From assembly GCA_963831795.1 (NCBI GenBank), contig CAWHSB010000004.1:161022-225021 (forward strand): 64,000 nt of DNA. The letters run 5' to 3'. Below the pieces are notes generated by a model. That model worked only from the letters and a program-made list of their open reading frames with translations. It made no database searches and was not told the origin of the DNA. This DNA is from Terriglobia bacterium. Lineage in GTDB: Bacteria; Acidobacteriota; Terriglobia; Bryobacterales; Bryobacteraceae. Within the stretch, counting starts at the first letter, position 1, and the number at the start of each line of letters is the position of its first letter. This document shows positions 27,757 to 38,113 of the stretch, one piece after another. The translations under genes and the position numbers were made by a program.

Positions 27757-28392
27757 TCAAAGCTTCAGCCAATCCTCCATGCGCTCGCGCAACGTTTGAT
27801 GCGTACAGGTGTGAGGCAAAAGGTCTCCGATTACCGCGACGGAATCCGCACCGGCATTCCAGCAAAGGGAGGCGTTGTCGCGCGTAATGCCGCCTATCGC
27901 AACCAGCGGCTTCGAATTGATCGCATGGGCTGAACGGAGTCCCTCGATGCCAACGGTTGGATCGGGGCGCTCTTTCGATGCAGTGGTAAAGACTGGTCCG
28001 AAAGCGACGTAGTCCACCGGTTCCGATTGGGCCGCGCCCATCTGGGCGGGGCTGTGCGTAGAGAAACCGACGATCGCGTCCCGTCCGATGACGGTACGCG
28101 CGTCGGCCGGCAGGAGGTCGTCCTGTCCGAGGTGAACGCCCGCGTTGAGCAAGCGGGCATAATCCGCCCGATCGTTTACGATTAAGGGCGCGTCCACGCT
28201 CCGGCACAGGGCGGCAATTTCCTGCGCCTGGGCGAAGACCTCGCGGTTCCAGAAACTTTTGTGGCGAAACTGGAGTATCCGCGCGCCTCCGTCGAGCAAC
28301 GCAGCCGCCGCTCTGACTGGATCAAAGTCCAGTCGCGTCATCGTTGCGGTATCTAGAATCGGGTAAACCCGGGGAAGTCGGACGTTCAGCAA
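27757..28392 (-). CDS. thiE: Thiamine-phosphate synthase
   Basis: 211 aa. ..VYPILDT.., LQFRHK, ..HLGQDDLP.., VGFSTHS, DYVAFGPVFTTASK and VAIGGIT are present. Confidence 0.88.
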   Translation of the reverse strand: MLNVRLPRVYPILDTATMTRLDFDPVRAAAALLDGGARILQFRHKSFWNREVFAQAQEIAALCRSVDAPLIVNDRADYARLLNAGVHLGQDDLLPADARTVIGRDAIVGFSTHSPAQMGAAQSEPVDYVAFGPVFTTASKERPDPTVGIEGLRSAHAINSKPLVAIGGITRDNASLCWNAGADSVAVIGDLLPHTCTHQTLRERMEDWLKL

Positions 28393-28729
28393 TCTGAATT
28401 ATCGGATAGTGGCTCATGTGCGGGCATCACGCGGGCCAATGATTGCCTGTGGGAAAGCGGCCCAGCGGATAATCTTGCACGGACGCCGTTCTGGATCTTT
28501 GAGCCTTACGACGAGTACGCCCCGGAAGGCTTGCCGGATCGGACGCGCGGGCCCTTCCGCTACTCCAAATCCAACTTCCAGCCCGGCTGGAACTTGCGGT
28601 CTCGCTCGCTGCAAGTAATTGAATCTGAAGGATCGAAAATCGCGTTTTTTCTCGACCGGCGGTGAATGGCGCCCACGCATCGCGCAGGTTTGCCTCAGCG
28701 GGGCGGATTGTACCATTAAATCAGATCCC

Positions 28730-29446
28730 ATGAGTACTGCAACAGTCTCTCCGGCAATAGCCGGCCGGTCGAGTCGCGCGCTGCGATTTTTTGAGGCCAC
28801 GATTGTCAAGAAAGCCGTGATGGCGGTTACCGGATTCATCCTTTTTGTTTTTGTTACGGGACATCTGCTGGGCAACTTGCAAGTCTTCCTCGGCCCCGAG
28901 CGCCTCAACGGTTACGCGGCCTTCCTGAAAGGCAATCTGGAATTGCTGTGGGGAACGCGCATCGTTCTGCTCATCGCGGTGACGGCTCACATAATCGCAA
29001 CCATCCAGCTGGCGGCTTTAAAGAACAAGGCTCGTCCGGTGAGTTACGCGAAAAAGAAGAATTCGCATTCGAGCTTCGCTTCCCGGAGTATGTATGTCAC
29101 GGGGCCGATGATCGCGGCCTTTGTGATTTATCATCTGCTGCATCTTACGGTGGGCGTGGTTCACCCGCAGTTCTCCGAAACCGACGTTTACTCGAACGTG
29201 GTTTACGGATTTCAGCAGTGGCCGGTTGCGATCGTTTATGTGGTGGCGATGGGGCTGCTGTGCCTGCATCTGAATCACGGAATTTACAGCATGTTTCAGA
29301 CGCTGGGGCTGTCGCATCCGCACTACACGCCGCGCATCAAAGTAGCGGCGCGAGTTATCGGGATTTTGTACTTCATCGGCTTCGCGTCGATTCCCGCCGC
29401 GGTGCTGCTGGGGATCCTCACAACGAACGCGCCGGCGCAGCTATAG
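28730..29446 (+). CDS. sdhC: Succinate dehydrogenase/fumarate reductase cytochrome b subunit (b558 family)
   Basis: The start is set at ATG 28730 (MSTATVS..). [42 protein letters not shown], with five TM helices and conserved His residues, matches Bacillus-type SdhC. Confidence 0.85.
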   Translation: MSTATVSPAIAGRSSRALRFFEATIVKKAVMAVTGFILFVFVTGHLLGNLQVFLGPERLNGYAAFLKGNLELLWGTRIVLLIAVTAHIIATIQLAALKNKARPVSYAKKKNSHSSFASRSMYVTGPMIAAFVIYHLLHLTVGVVHPQFSETDVYSNVVYGFQQWPVAIVYVVAMGLLCLHLNHGIYSMFQTLGLSHPHYTPRIKVAARVIGILYFIGFASIPAAVLLGILTTNAPAQL

Positions 29447-29453
29447 GATCAGA

Positions 29454-31361
29454 ATGAAACTTGATTCCAGGGTCCCGTCGGGGCCGATCGAACAGGCATG
29501 GGAAAAAGCCCGCTTTGAGATGAAGCTGGTGAATCCCGCCAATAAACGGAAGTTCAACGTGATTGTGGTCGGCTCGGGACTGGCCGGCGGATCGGCCGCC
29601 GCGTCGTTGGGCGAGCTCGGTTACAACGTCAAGTGTTTTTGTTTTCAGGATAGCCCGCGGCGGGCGCACTCGATCGCGGCGCAGGGCGGAATCAACGCCG
29701 CCAAGAATTACCAGAACGATGGCGACAGTATTTTCCGCCTGTTCTATGACACGGTCAAGGGCGGCGACTTCCGCGCGCGCGAAGCGAACGTCTACCGGCT
29801 GGCGCAGATCAGCGTCAACATCATCGATCAGTGCGTCGCGCAAGGTGTGCCGTTCGCGCGCGAGTATGGCGGTCTGCTGGCCAACCGTTCTTTCGGCGGC
29901 GCCCAGGTCTCACGTACCTTCTACGCCCGCGGACAGACGGGCCAGCAACTGCTTCTGGGAGCTTATCAGGCGCTGGAAGCGCAGGTGGCTGGCGGGCGCG
30001 TGCAGATGCTGCCGCGGACCGAGATGCTCGACCTGGTGGTGATCAACGGCCAGGCGCGGGGCATCGTAACCCGCAACCTGATCACCGGGAGGCTGGAGAC
30101 GCACGTGGCCGACGCCGTGATTCTGGCAACCGGCGGCTACGGGAACGTCTTTTACCTTTCGACCAATGCGAAGGGCTCGAACTGCACGGCGATCTGGAGG
30201 GCGCACAAGCGCGGCGCGGCGTTCGCAAACCCGTGCTTTACGCAGATCCATCCCACGTGCATTCCGGTCTCGGGAGATTATCAGTCGAAGCTGACGCTCA
30301 TGTCGGAATCCCTGCGAAACGACGGCCGGATCTGGGTTCCGGTGAAGGCGGGGGATAAGAGATCTCCGAGCCAGATTCCGGAGAGCGAGCGTGATTACTA
30401 TCTGGAGCGGCGGTATCCGAGCTTCGGCAACCTCGTTCCGCGCGACGTGGCTTCACGCGCCGCGAAGGCGGTTTGCGACGAAGGGCGCGGAGTGGGTGAG
30501 AGCGGGCTTGGCGTTTACCTCGATTTCGGCGAGTCGATCAAGCGGCTGGGGAGCAAGACGATCGGCGAGCGCTACGGCAACCTGTTCGAAATGTATGAGC
30601 GCATCACCGGCGAAAACCCCTACAACACGCCGATGCGCATCTACCCGGCGATCCATTACACGATGGGCGGACTGTGGGTGGATTATCAGCTGATGAGCAC
30701 GATCCCGGGCCTGTTTGTGCTGGGCGAGGCGAATTTCTCGGACCACGGCGCCAACCGCCTCGGCGCGAGCGCGCTGATGCAGGGCCTTTCAGACGGGTAC
30801 TTCGTGATTCCTTACACGCTCGGCAATTATCTGGCGTCGACGAAGCTCGACAAGGTGGACGCGAGCGCGCCCGAATTTCGCGCGGCTACCGCCGAGGTGG
30901 AAGACCGGGTGAAGCGGCTGCTTTCGATTAAAGGGACACGAACTGTGTCTTCGTTCCACCGCGAGCTGGGCAAGATCATTTGGGACTATTGCGGGATGTC
31001 GCGCAATGCGGAGGGTCTGCGGGTTGCGATCGAGAAGGTTCGGGATTTGCGCGAGGAGTACTGGCGCAATGTCAACGTGCCGGGATCGGAAGGGGATCTG
31101 AATCAGCAACTCGAGGCGGCGGGACGCGTGGCGGATTTCTTCGAATTGGGCGAGCTGATGTGTATCGATGCGCTCGACCGCAATGAGAGTTGCGGCGGGC
31201 ATTTCCGCGAGGAGTATCAGACGGAGGACGGTGAAGCGTTGCGCGACGACGAGCATTTCCAGTATGCGGCGGCGTGGGAGTACACGGATGTTGGACCTGT
31301 GCTGCATAAGGAGCCGCTGGAGTTCGAATACGTGCATCCGGCGCAGCGGAGCTACAAGTGA
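29454..31361 (+). CDS. sdhA: Succinate dehydrogenase/fumarate reductase flavoprotein subunit
   Basis: 635 aa with FAD fold [17 protein letters not shown], covalent-FAD His context [15 protein letters not shown], and ..[10 protein letters not shown]... Confidence 0.95.
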   Translation: MKLDSRVPSGPIEQAWEKARFEMKLVNPANKRKFNVIVVGSGLAGGSAAASLGELGYNVKCFCFQDSPRRAHSIAAQGGINAAKNYQNDGDSIFRLFYDTVKGGDFRAREANVYRLAQISVNIIDQCVAQGVPFAREYGGLLANRSFGGAQVSRTFYARGQTGQQLLLGAYQALEAQVAGGRVQMLPRTEMLDLVVINGQARGIVTRNLITGRLETHVADAVILATGGYGNVFYLSTNAKGSNCTAIWRAHKRGAAFANPCFTQIHPTCIPVSGDYQSKLTLMSESLRNDGRIWVPVKAGDKRSPSQIPESERDYYLERRYPSFGNLVPRDVASRAAKAVCDEGRGVGESGLGVYLDFGESIKRLGSKTIGERYGNLFEMYERITGENPYNTPMRIYPAIHYTMGGLWVDYQLMSTIPGLFVLGEANFSDHGANRLGASALMQGLSDGYFVIPYTLGNYLASTKLDKVDASAPEFRAATAEVEDRVKRLLSIKGTRTVSSFHRELGKIIWDYCGMSRNAEGLRVAIEKVRDLREEYWRNVNVPGSEGDLNQQLEAAGRVADFFELGELMCIDALDRNESCGGHFREEYQTEDGEALRDDEHFQYAAAWEYTDVGPVLHKEPLEFEYVHPAQRSYK

Positions 31362-32107
31362 ACCTCACATTGCATGTATGGCGTCAGAAGGGTGGCTCGA
31401 AAGAAGGGCGCATGGAGCGATACGACGCGAAGGATGTCAGCGCCGATATGTCGTTTCTCGAGATGCTCGATGTGGTGAACGAGAAGCTTATTGCCGACGG
31501 CAAGGAGCCGATCGCGTTCGAGCACGATTGCCGCGAGGGCATCTGCGGATCGTGCGGTTTCATGATCAACGGAATTGCGCATGGGCCGGAGCGCGGGACC
31601 ACCGTTTGCCAGCTTCATATGCGCCACTTCAAGGATGGCGACGAGTTGTATCTGGAGCCGTGGCGCGCGCGGGCGTTTCCGGTGATTAAGGACCTGGTGG
31701 TGGACCGGAGTGCGTTCGACCGTATCATTGCGTCGGGCGGATATATCAGCGCGCGCACCGGCGGGGCGCCCGATGGCAATACGCTGCCCGTGCCGAAGGT
31801 GGATTCGGACCGGGCGATGGATGCGGCGGCTTGCATCGGATGCGGAGCTTGTGTAGCAGCCTGTCCGAATGCTTCGGCGGCGCTGTTTACGGGCGCTAAG
31901 ATTTCGCATCTTGGATTACTGCCGCAAGGTCAGGCGGAACGTTCGCGGCGGGCGTTGCGCATGGTTGCGCAGTTCAACACAGAGCTTTTTGGAAGCTGCA
32001 CGAATATCGGGGAGTGCGAAGCGGTTTGTCCGAAAGAGATACGGCTGGATGTGATTGCGCGAATGAATCATGATTATCTTAAGGCTAAGTGGGAAGACCG
32101 GAGTTGA
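31358..32107 (+). CDS. sdhB: Succinate dehydrogenase/fumarate reductase iron-sulfur subunit
   Basis: 249 aa with three Cys clusters: [22 protein letters not shown] and [12 protein letters not shown]. Confidence 0.95.
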   Translation: MNLTLHVWRQKGGSKEGRMERYDAKDVSADMSFLEMLDVVNEKLIADGKEPIAFEHDCREGICGSCGFMINGIAHGPERGTTVCQLHMRHFKDGDELYLEPWRARAFPVIKDLVVDRSAFDRIIASGGYISARTGGAPDGNTLPVPKVDSDRAMDAAACIGCGACVAACPNASAALFTGAKISHLGLLPQGQAERSRRALRMVAQFNTELFGSCTNIGECEAVCPKEIRLDVIARMNHDYLKAKWEDRS

Positions 32108-32311
32108 GTTCGGTTATGTGAGTGGCCGTGCATTGCTGCCAGAGTACGAGCTACGCGGTCTTGAAACGCTGGTTCAGTTCTCGATAGTCGTGGTTTCCGA
32201 GCGCGTGCGGCCGCCGATGCCAAATCTCAGCGACGGGCGTTTTAAGACCAGGTAAATTGCCAGTCACCGAACGGCTCTCGAATCCGAAAGGCGCTAAAAT
32301 CAAGGGGAATA

Positions 32312-32580
32312 TTGCAAACTCGATTCTATATCGATCCGGCGACAGACGCGCCGCACATACATAGCCATCAGGTGGAGGAGCATGAAGTCGTTGACGTTCT
32401 TGACAGACCTGGCGAGGATCGTGCCGGTCGGGATGGTGCCAGAGTTGCTTTAGGCCAGACTGCATCGGGGAGGTACTTAAAGTCCCGGAGCCCGAGGGTG
32501 TGTTTGTGATCACGGCTTATGACCTGACCGGGAAACCGCTCGCGGCATACCGAAAACGCAGAAGGAAAAAACATCAATGA
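32312..32580 (+). pseudogene. Small toxin-like gene (BrnT/DUF497-like by architecture), frameshifted
   Basis: Frame 1 gives MQTRFYIDPATDAPHIHSHQVEEHEVVDVLDRPGEDRAGRDGARVALGQTASGRYLK. After a frame change in the tta-aag-tcc context (~32474), the rest reads ..VPEPEGVFVITAYDLTGKPLAAYRKRRRKKHQ*. The stop overlaps the next ATG (ATGA). The family assignment is tentative. Confidence 0.5.
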
Positions 32581-32771
32581 CCGAAAACAATTTCCCGGAA
32601 GGATGGGATCAAAACAGAGTACGAAAAGTGCTCGCACACTACGACGAACAGAAGGACGATGAGGCGTTGGCCGAAGATGAAGCCGGCTTAGCTTCTTCCG
32701 AAACGGTCATGAGTGTCCCTCACGATCTTGTTTCGCAGGTTCGGGAATTAATCGCGAAGCACCACGACTAA
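32577..32771 (+). CDS. Small acidic antitoxin-like partner protein
   Basis: 64 aa: MTENNFPEGWDQNRVRKVLAHYDEQKDDEALAEDEAGL..VPHDLVSQVRELIAKHH. It is translationally coupled to the preceding gene. This recurrent small-protein pattern is seen next to toxin-like genes. Confidence 0.5.
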   Translation: MTENNFPEGWDQNRVRKVLAHYDEQKDDEALAEDEAGLASSETVMSVPHDLVSQVRELIAKHHD

Positions 32772-33152
32772 CGCGCCTCCAGGCCTGACCAAGAGGCGCG
32801 TATGAGCACACTCCTGCGGTGAACTTCCAAGCCGGTTCAGTTCGTTGGCTCGGGCCCCAAGCGAGTGACCACACGGGAGCATCCGGAATGAGATACGGCC
32901 AGCCCAGTCCGGTCAGCCTTGTCTCGCTGCCGAGCCTTTTCGGTCAGGATGCGAGCGCATGTTGTGAAGCAGCGAAGCAAACTTGAAACCGACCCTCGCC
33001 AGTTAATCTCCGCCGACATAATTTCGAAAGCTCTCGTTTCGCCGGAGTGAGACCGAGAAGCGTGCGTGTCGCCTCGCAGGATCTCTCCGGCGAGCTATCG
33101 GCGGGAGTTGTGCCAAAATCTCCGGGCCGCGCTGCTGCCGATTCGCAATCTT

Positions 33153-34145
33153 CTAATCTATTTCTTCGAAGTCCGGCAGAGGCCAGGACCGATCGAAGCA
33201 GGCTTCAGTCGGCTGATAAAACCGGAAACAGGCGAACCAGTTCCTGCCACTGACGGTCGGGATCCAGTTCTTCTCGAAGCCGGTCGGGGACCGTCGATCC
33301 GGAATAGATGTCCACGGACCCGTCCTCGTTCCTGCGAAGGTCCATGTGCGAAGAGCAATCGGCGATCGTCTGCTCATTCAGGATCAGTGCGCGCGTGTCT
33401 ACATCGTAGACAGTTACGGACCAGCACAGTTTGATCGGCGGATCGGCCGGAACTCGCGGGCGATACAACACGCCGCCGTCCAGCCACGCGCCGGTCTTGT
33501 CCTTATACGTGCCCAGGTATGCTGACGAAGGACCGGGCCGTTTGGGGGCCATCGCCGGGCCGGCGCCGACTGCCTCATAAAACCAGGTGCACGTTGGTCG
33601 AGCAGGTCCCAGAATGCGTCGGGATCGTTCGCGTCCAGCTGGAGCGAGAAGTCCCGATGCTCGTCGCGGCGATATCTCCCGGCGTCGAAGCGGCGGTCGC
33701 CAGAGTTGGCTTTCGCCATGGCCTCCCCGACCAAAGCGGCGTCGGTCAGGATCTCCGTCTGCCTCCCATCCGGCTTGAATGGTTTCCCTTTCCGCAGGCC
33801 GAGCGGTCGCAACATCGCATGGAAGAAAATGTCGTGCAGTTCGACTGGCACATCGTTGAGCCGCTCCCGGTATTCCATTCCGCCCGGCAGCAGTCCGGTC
33901 CGTGCTTTCGTGCCCGCGTCGAATATTTCTGTTTTCTCCAGGTTGTCATGTTGCGTCCAGGGATATATCTGCAGCCGGGCTAATGCCTGCTTCGCCACGG
34001 CTGGATCCGGGTCGGTAGCCGCACGCCAAGGAAGATATTCAAGGTCGGCGACTGGCGCACGGCGTAGCCGGCGACGTTGTCCGGGGCCTTCTGCTCCGGC
34101 CAGGACGAGATAACCTGGGCGGGCCCGTCGGTTCAGTAATGGCAC
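33153..34145 (-). pseudogene. DUF1254/DUF1214-family protein remnant, 5'-truncated and frameshifted
   Basis: Three minus-strand frames give ..LRKGKPFKPDGRQTEILTDAALVGEAMAKA.. / ..YKDKTGAWLDGGVLYRPRVPADPPIKLCWSVTVYDVDTRALILNEQ..NEDGSVDIY / ..GFEKNWIPTVSGRNWFACFRFYQPTEACFDRSWPLPDFEEID*. This is the DUF1214 C-terminal signature. Confidence 0.7.
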
Positions 34146-34324
34146 GCTGCCACGCGTCGCTTGTCGCGCCTTGCACGCCGCGCGACGGCATCTCCAGAAC
34201 CATCGGCCGTGATGAGAGATCGGCGAACCAGCGGTACTACGGGTGTCGTGGCATTGGCGGTCAGGATGCCGCGCCTCGCCCCATAGGACAGGATCGCGAC
34301 GGCGTTTTCGGATGAGCCCGAGCC

Positions 34325-34771
34325 GTGGCGCGCGCGGGCGTTCCGGTGATCAAGGATCTGGTGGTGGACCGGAGTGCGTTCGATCGCATTATTGCTTCGG
34401 ATGGATATATCAGCGCGCGTACTGGTGGCGCGCCCGACGGGAATACCTTGCCGGTGCCGAAGATGGATTCGGACGGGGTGATGGATGCGGCGGCTTGCAT
34501 TGGGTGCGGGGCGTGCGTGGCCGCTTGTCCGAGTGCTTCGGCGGCGTTGTTTACGGGCGCGAAGATTTCGCATCCTGGGTTGTTGCCGCAAGGGCAGGCG
34601 GAACGTTCGCGGCGGGCGTTGCGCATGGTTGCGCAGTTCAACACGGAACTTTTTGGAAGCTGCACGAATATCGGGGAATGCGAAGCGGTTTGTCCGAAAG
34701 AGATACGGCTGGATGTGATTGCGCGAATGAATCACGATTATTTTAAGGCCAGGTGGGAAGATCGGAGTTGA
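34325..34771 (+). pseudogene. Partial paralogous copy of sdhB (C-terminal two Fe-S cluster domain only)
   Basis: The 148-aa ORF (GTG start) aligns codon for codon with sdhB residues ~108-249 (31681..32107). It retains [12 protein letters not shown] and [12 protein letters not shown] but lacks the [2Fe-2S] domain. Nucleotide homology spans ~34318..34790. Confidence 0.8.
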
Positions 34772-34777
34772 ATTCAG

Positions 34778-35197
34778 TTGTGGTCACCTGGTCACGACGT
34801 CAAGGAGATCGAGCGCTCCCATCGACACCTTGTTATTGAGGAGTCGCCGACCAACGGTGCTGCTCTGCTGTTTGGAGCCTTCGCTCTCTTCACACTTAGC
34901 GCCTTTCGACGGCCGGTTGACGTAGTAGTCGCCTTCTTTTTCGCTGCGGTTGGACTTCTCGCATCCGTAAGGTCATCGTTCGTCGCTGACAGAGATCACC
35001 GGAGCCTGATCATCACCAGGCAGATTGGGTACTGGACTCGCGAGAGGACCTGTCAATCCGAGACCGTCGAGCGGATATACGTTCGACCTACTCTTAAGGG
35101 CAGCGGCCCTGTTTTGCGGCTTAAATCCGGCCGGAGTCGATCTTTGACCCTGTCGATGGTTTTGGCAGCGACCTTGACGGGGCCGCTGCGGCATTAA
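34778..35197 (+). CDS. Hypothetical membrane protein
   Basis: 139-aa ORF directly after the sdhB fragment, with two predicted TM helices (GAALLFGAFALFTLSAF, VVVAFFFAAVGLLASV). I recognise no family. Confidence 0.3.
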   Translation: MWSPGHDVKEIERSHRHLVIEESPTNGAALLFGAFALFTLSAFRRPVDVVVAFFFAAVGLLASVRSSFVADRDHRSLIITRQIGYWTRERTCQSETVERIYVRPTLKGSGPVLRLKSGRSRSLTLSMVLAATLTGPLRH

Positions 35198-35456
35198 ATC
35201 ATTTTCTGCATGCATCCCGCCGAGCATAATGCCGTGCTGGCAACTATGGTGACGAACGCTAATACCCCGCCACGTCCCGGATATGTGCCCCGCTGATCTT
35301 GAAGGACAAGTCGAGAAAATTCCCACCGCCGGATCAGGCGCTCAGCTTCTTCCTGAACGCCAAATGACACGATTTTGTGCGTGGACCGTCCCTGTCGCTT
35401 CTTCGATGTCGGAAGAATGGCCTCCACATCAAGCATCTCGTCGAAAATGCCAGGGT

Positions 35457-35520
35457 GTGGCGGACTTCTTTGAATTGGGCGAGCTGATGTGTATCGACGC
35501 GTTCGACGGCAATGAGAGTG
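35457..35520 (+). other. 64-nt fragment homologous to sdhA (31128..31191)
   Basis: gtggcggacttctttgaattgggcgagctgatgtgtatcgacgcgttcgacggcaatgagagtg matches sdhA gtggcggatttcttcgaattgggcgagctgatgtgtatcgatgcgctcgaccgcaatgagagtt. It encodes [15 protein letters not shown].. Confidence 0.8.
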
Positions 35521-35828
35521 GAATCAGACGGATTCCCGACATACCCGAATGGCACTCTTGACATTTTTGTCGCCTGTCAACTGGACGCTCTCGCGAGGAA
35601 AGCGAAGCAGACGTTCCAGTCGCACGTTAAGAACAAATATCGGTAGTCGGCGGATTCTTCCGAGCCGCCAACCGCGGGTCAGCTCGTGATCAGGGAAACC
35701 AATCCGGCCCGAACGTGAATGTCACCACAAGGAAGGGCCGTTGATCCAGTACAATCCCAGGGCTGTTGCCGATGATGGTGCTATCGGAAGAGCGTCCGTC
35801 AGCGAGATGGTCCTCTGCGCGCTCCCAT

Positions 35829-36776
35829 CTATCCCAGCCGTCCCAGAAAGATAATCCATCCGGCCAACGTCACGATTCCGGCAGCGTAGCTGAAAATCAG
35901 GCTGGAACTGGCCGTAAGTGGCGATGAATTGAATCCTTTGCCGAACACCAGACCAAAGAAACCGCAGGGAATCGCCACGATCAGGACGGCATATCGCGTC
36001 TCGACCGCAGAGAGTCCGATGAGCCACGCCAGGCCGAGGCAAAGCGCCGGTTGCATCAGGTTCTTAGCCATCATCGCCGCAATGACGCGCCCGTCGAGCC
36101 GGAATGGTTGCGCGGAGACGATCAGACCGGTCAGAAACAGTGCCGCTCCCGCGGTCGCGTTTCCCATGACGGTCAAGCTTCGGTTGACATAGTCCGGCAG
36201 GTGCAGTTTAATCAGTGCCGCCACAACCCCCAGGAGGGGGGCCCAGACCACGGGGCGCTTCACTGCCTTCCATAGCGAGCCACGAACCGCGGCCGCCTGC
36301 GACTTCGCGTGGCCCGTCGGCGTGCCATGCTCGAGAATGGCCAGTGTTATAGGTGAAATGGTGACCGCGCCAATCGCGATGCCCATGGCAGTCGCAGCTG
36401 CCGCGGTCGGCCCGTAAACGGCATCGAGCAGTGGAATACCAACAGCGGTGACGTTCGGGAACGCAAGGGTTAGCGCGAGAACGGCATTGTCAGCCGTACC
36501 CGAGCCGAATATCCGCCGGTCAGCAAGCAGAGTGGCGAAAAACAGAATCAGATAGACCAGCCCGAGGACCGCAACCAGTCTGCTCTCACTTTGCAGCATT
36601 CGTGGATCGGTATGCGCGATTGCAAGAAACAGCGAACAGGGCAGCGCAAAATTCATGACGAACCGGACGAGGCTGTGGACGTCGCGATTGTCCACGAATC
36701 CGCGGCGACCGGCGAAGTAGCCCAGCAGTAGTCCAAAGAAGACGGGGATCAGGGCGAACGCAAGGATGGAAATCAC
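35829..36776 (-). CDS. AEC-family (auxin efflux carrier-like) membrane transporter
   Basis: 315 aa and ~10 TM helices, with the typical N-terminus ILAFALIPVFFGLLLGYFAGRRG and an overall AEC/mleP-like pattern. Confidence 0.75.
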   Translation of the reverse strand: MISILAFALIPVFFGLLLGYFAGRRGFVDNRDVHSLVRFVMNFALPCSLFLAIAHTDPRMLQSESRLVAVLGLVYLILFFATLLADRRIFGSGTADNAVLALTLAFPNVTAVGIPLLDAVYGPTAAAATAMGIAIGAVTISPITLAILEHGTPTGHAKSQAAAVRGSLWKAVKRPVVWAPLLGVVAALIKLHLPDYVNRSLTVMGNATAGAALFLTGLIVSAQPFRLDGRVIAAMMAKNLMQPALCLGLAWLIGLSAVETRYAVLIVAIPCGFFGLVFGKGFNSSPLTASSSLIFSYAAGIVTLAGWIIFLGRLG

Positions 36777-36977
36777 AGGTGTGGGTGATTGCCAAGTTTA
36801 TCCCACCGGGGCCAGGCTATTTAAAGACGGCGGCTCGGGCCCGGCCCGCGTACACACGACAAGGGACCGCCCTGCGACGCACCTCCGACGCCGGAGCTGT
36901 TTCCGGTCCGTTACGGCATAGTTGGACAAAAATTCCTCGCTGGCGGGCAAAGGGTCGCCAGCGGTCGAAGCGTCACG

Positions 36978-37298
36978 ATGACCGACATCGCGGGTATCTG
37001 CCGGGAAATGGGGATCCTCGATCGTCCGGTCATCGGCCGAACAGGTTTCGCCGGGAAGTTCGATCCGAAGATACAATGGAAGCCCGACCCGGCAAGCCCT
37101 GGACGCGGCCGCGCGATTCCGCAGAAAGGATCATCCGGGCCTGCTGCTCCGCCGACCACGCAAAGTTCCGAGCTTGACGCCGAAGGGCCGAGTTTCATAC
37201 CAGCCTTGCGCGAGCAAGCCGGACTTAAACTCGAATCTGCCAAAGGCCCTGTCGCGATGCTGGTGATCGATCACGTCGAACGGGCGTCCGAGAACTGA
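36978..37298 (+). pseudogene. C-terminal fragment of a TIGR03435-family (Solibacter-type) protein
   Basis: ..LDRPVIGRTGFAGKFDPKIQWKPDP..GPSFIPALREQAGLKLESAKGPVAMLVIDHVERASEN* is the conserved C-terminus of the TIGR03435 family. No matching N-terminal half lies upstream. Confidence 0.75.
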
Positions 37299-37463
37299 TA
37301 TGAGGGGGGCGGCGCGCGGTTACATGATCGGCCGGGAGCTGTCTCGGCATGGGCGGCTCGGCGGGCCTTCATCGCGATCAACGTATCGCGGTTTTACCTG
37401 CGCGACGTAACCGTTCCATGGCGAATTCGGCTGCACGGGAATTTATCAATATCCGTCATCTGT

Positions 37464-38113
37464 TTGGGGAAAACGCCGATGAGCACCGCCGATCTTCCGA
37501 AGATCGCAAGTGTCGCGGGACCAAGTCGTGGAATGAAACTCGCCCTGGGGGCCGCTATGGTAGCGGTGGCGACATCGATCATTATTGACGTCCTGCGTGC
37601 GCCCGCCGTGCGGGCTCAGGATGCAACAGACTGGCAGACCAGGGCCGGAGGCAGGATGGCATTCGATGTGGCGTCCGTCAAGCTGAGCAAACCCGACACA
37701 CTCTTCCCGCCGACTTTCCTCTCGAGTCCGGCGATGCGTTCACAAATCTGCAAATGCAACCGCCCAGCGGGCGCCTCTCTCGGGCTACATTAGCTTCGCC
37801 TGCAAGCTGCATGCAGCCACTGGCAGCTGGACCCTACGACGTCGCATCTCCCGAAATGGGCGACGCAGACCGCTTCGAAATCCAGGCTCGCGCGCTGGCG
37901 AACACCACGAAGGATCAGATGCGCCTGATGATGCAGTCGCTGCTTGCGGAACGCTTTCAGCTGGCCGTACACTTCGAAATGCGCGAGATTCCCGTACTCG
38001 CGATGACTCTGATTAAACTCGGCAACCCGGACCCGGCCTGCGTCCACACGACCTTGGACCGCCATGCGATGTGCCTCCGAGCGTCGGAAGACAAGCCGAT
38101 AAGCGGTGACTAA
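37464..38113 (+). pseudogene. N-terminal part of a second TIGR03435-family gene, frameshifted and cut off by the IS630 element
   Basis: A signal peptide is followed by FDVASVKLSKPDT.. then (other frames) FPLESGDAFTN.., GYISFACKLH.., ..DADRFEIQARALANTTKDQMRLMMQSLLAERFQLAVHFEMREIPVLAMTLIK. It ends at the IS boundary (~38112). Confidence 0.75.

Noticed and set aside
28393-28620. Possible TPP riboswitch upstream of thiE (minus strand).
   Set aside because: No CTGAGA / ACCTGATCTGGATAATGCCAGCG-type core could be found on the minus strand, only generic GC hairpins.
34325-34771. Calling the sdhB fragment a functional stand-alone ferredoxin CDS.
   Set aside because: It lacks a convincing RBS and its own N-terminal domain, and it sits among gene relics. 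The synonymous-biased divergence could reflect history before truncation. It is kept as a pseudogene/fragment and flagged under findings instead.
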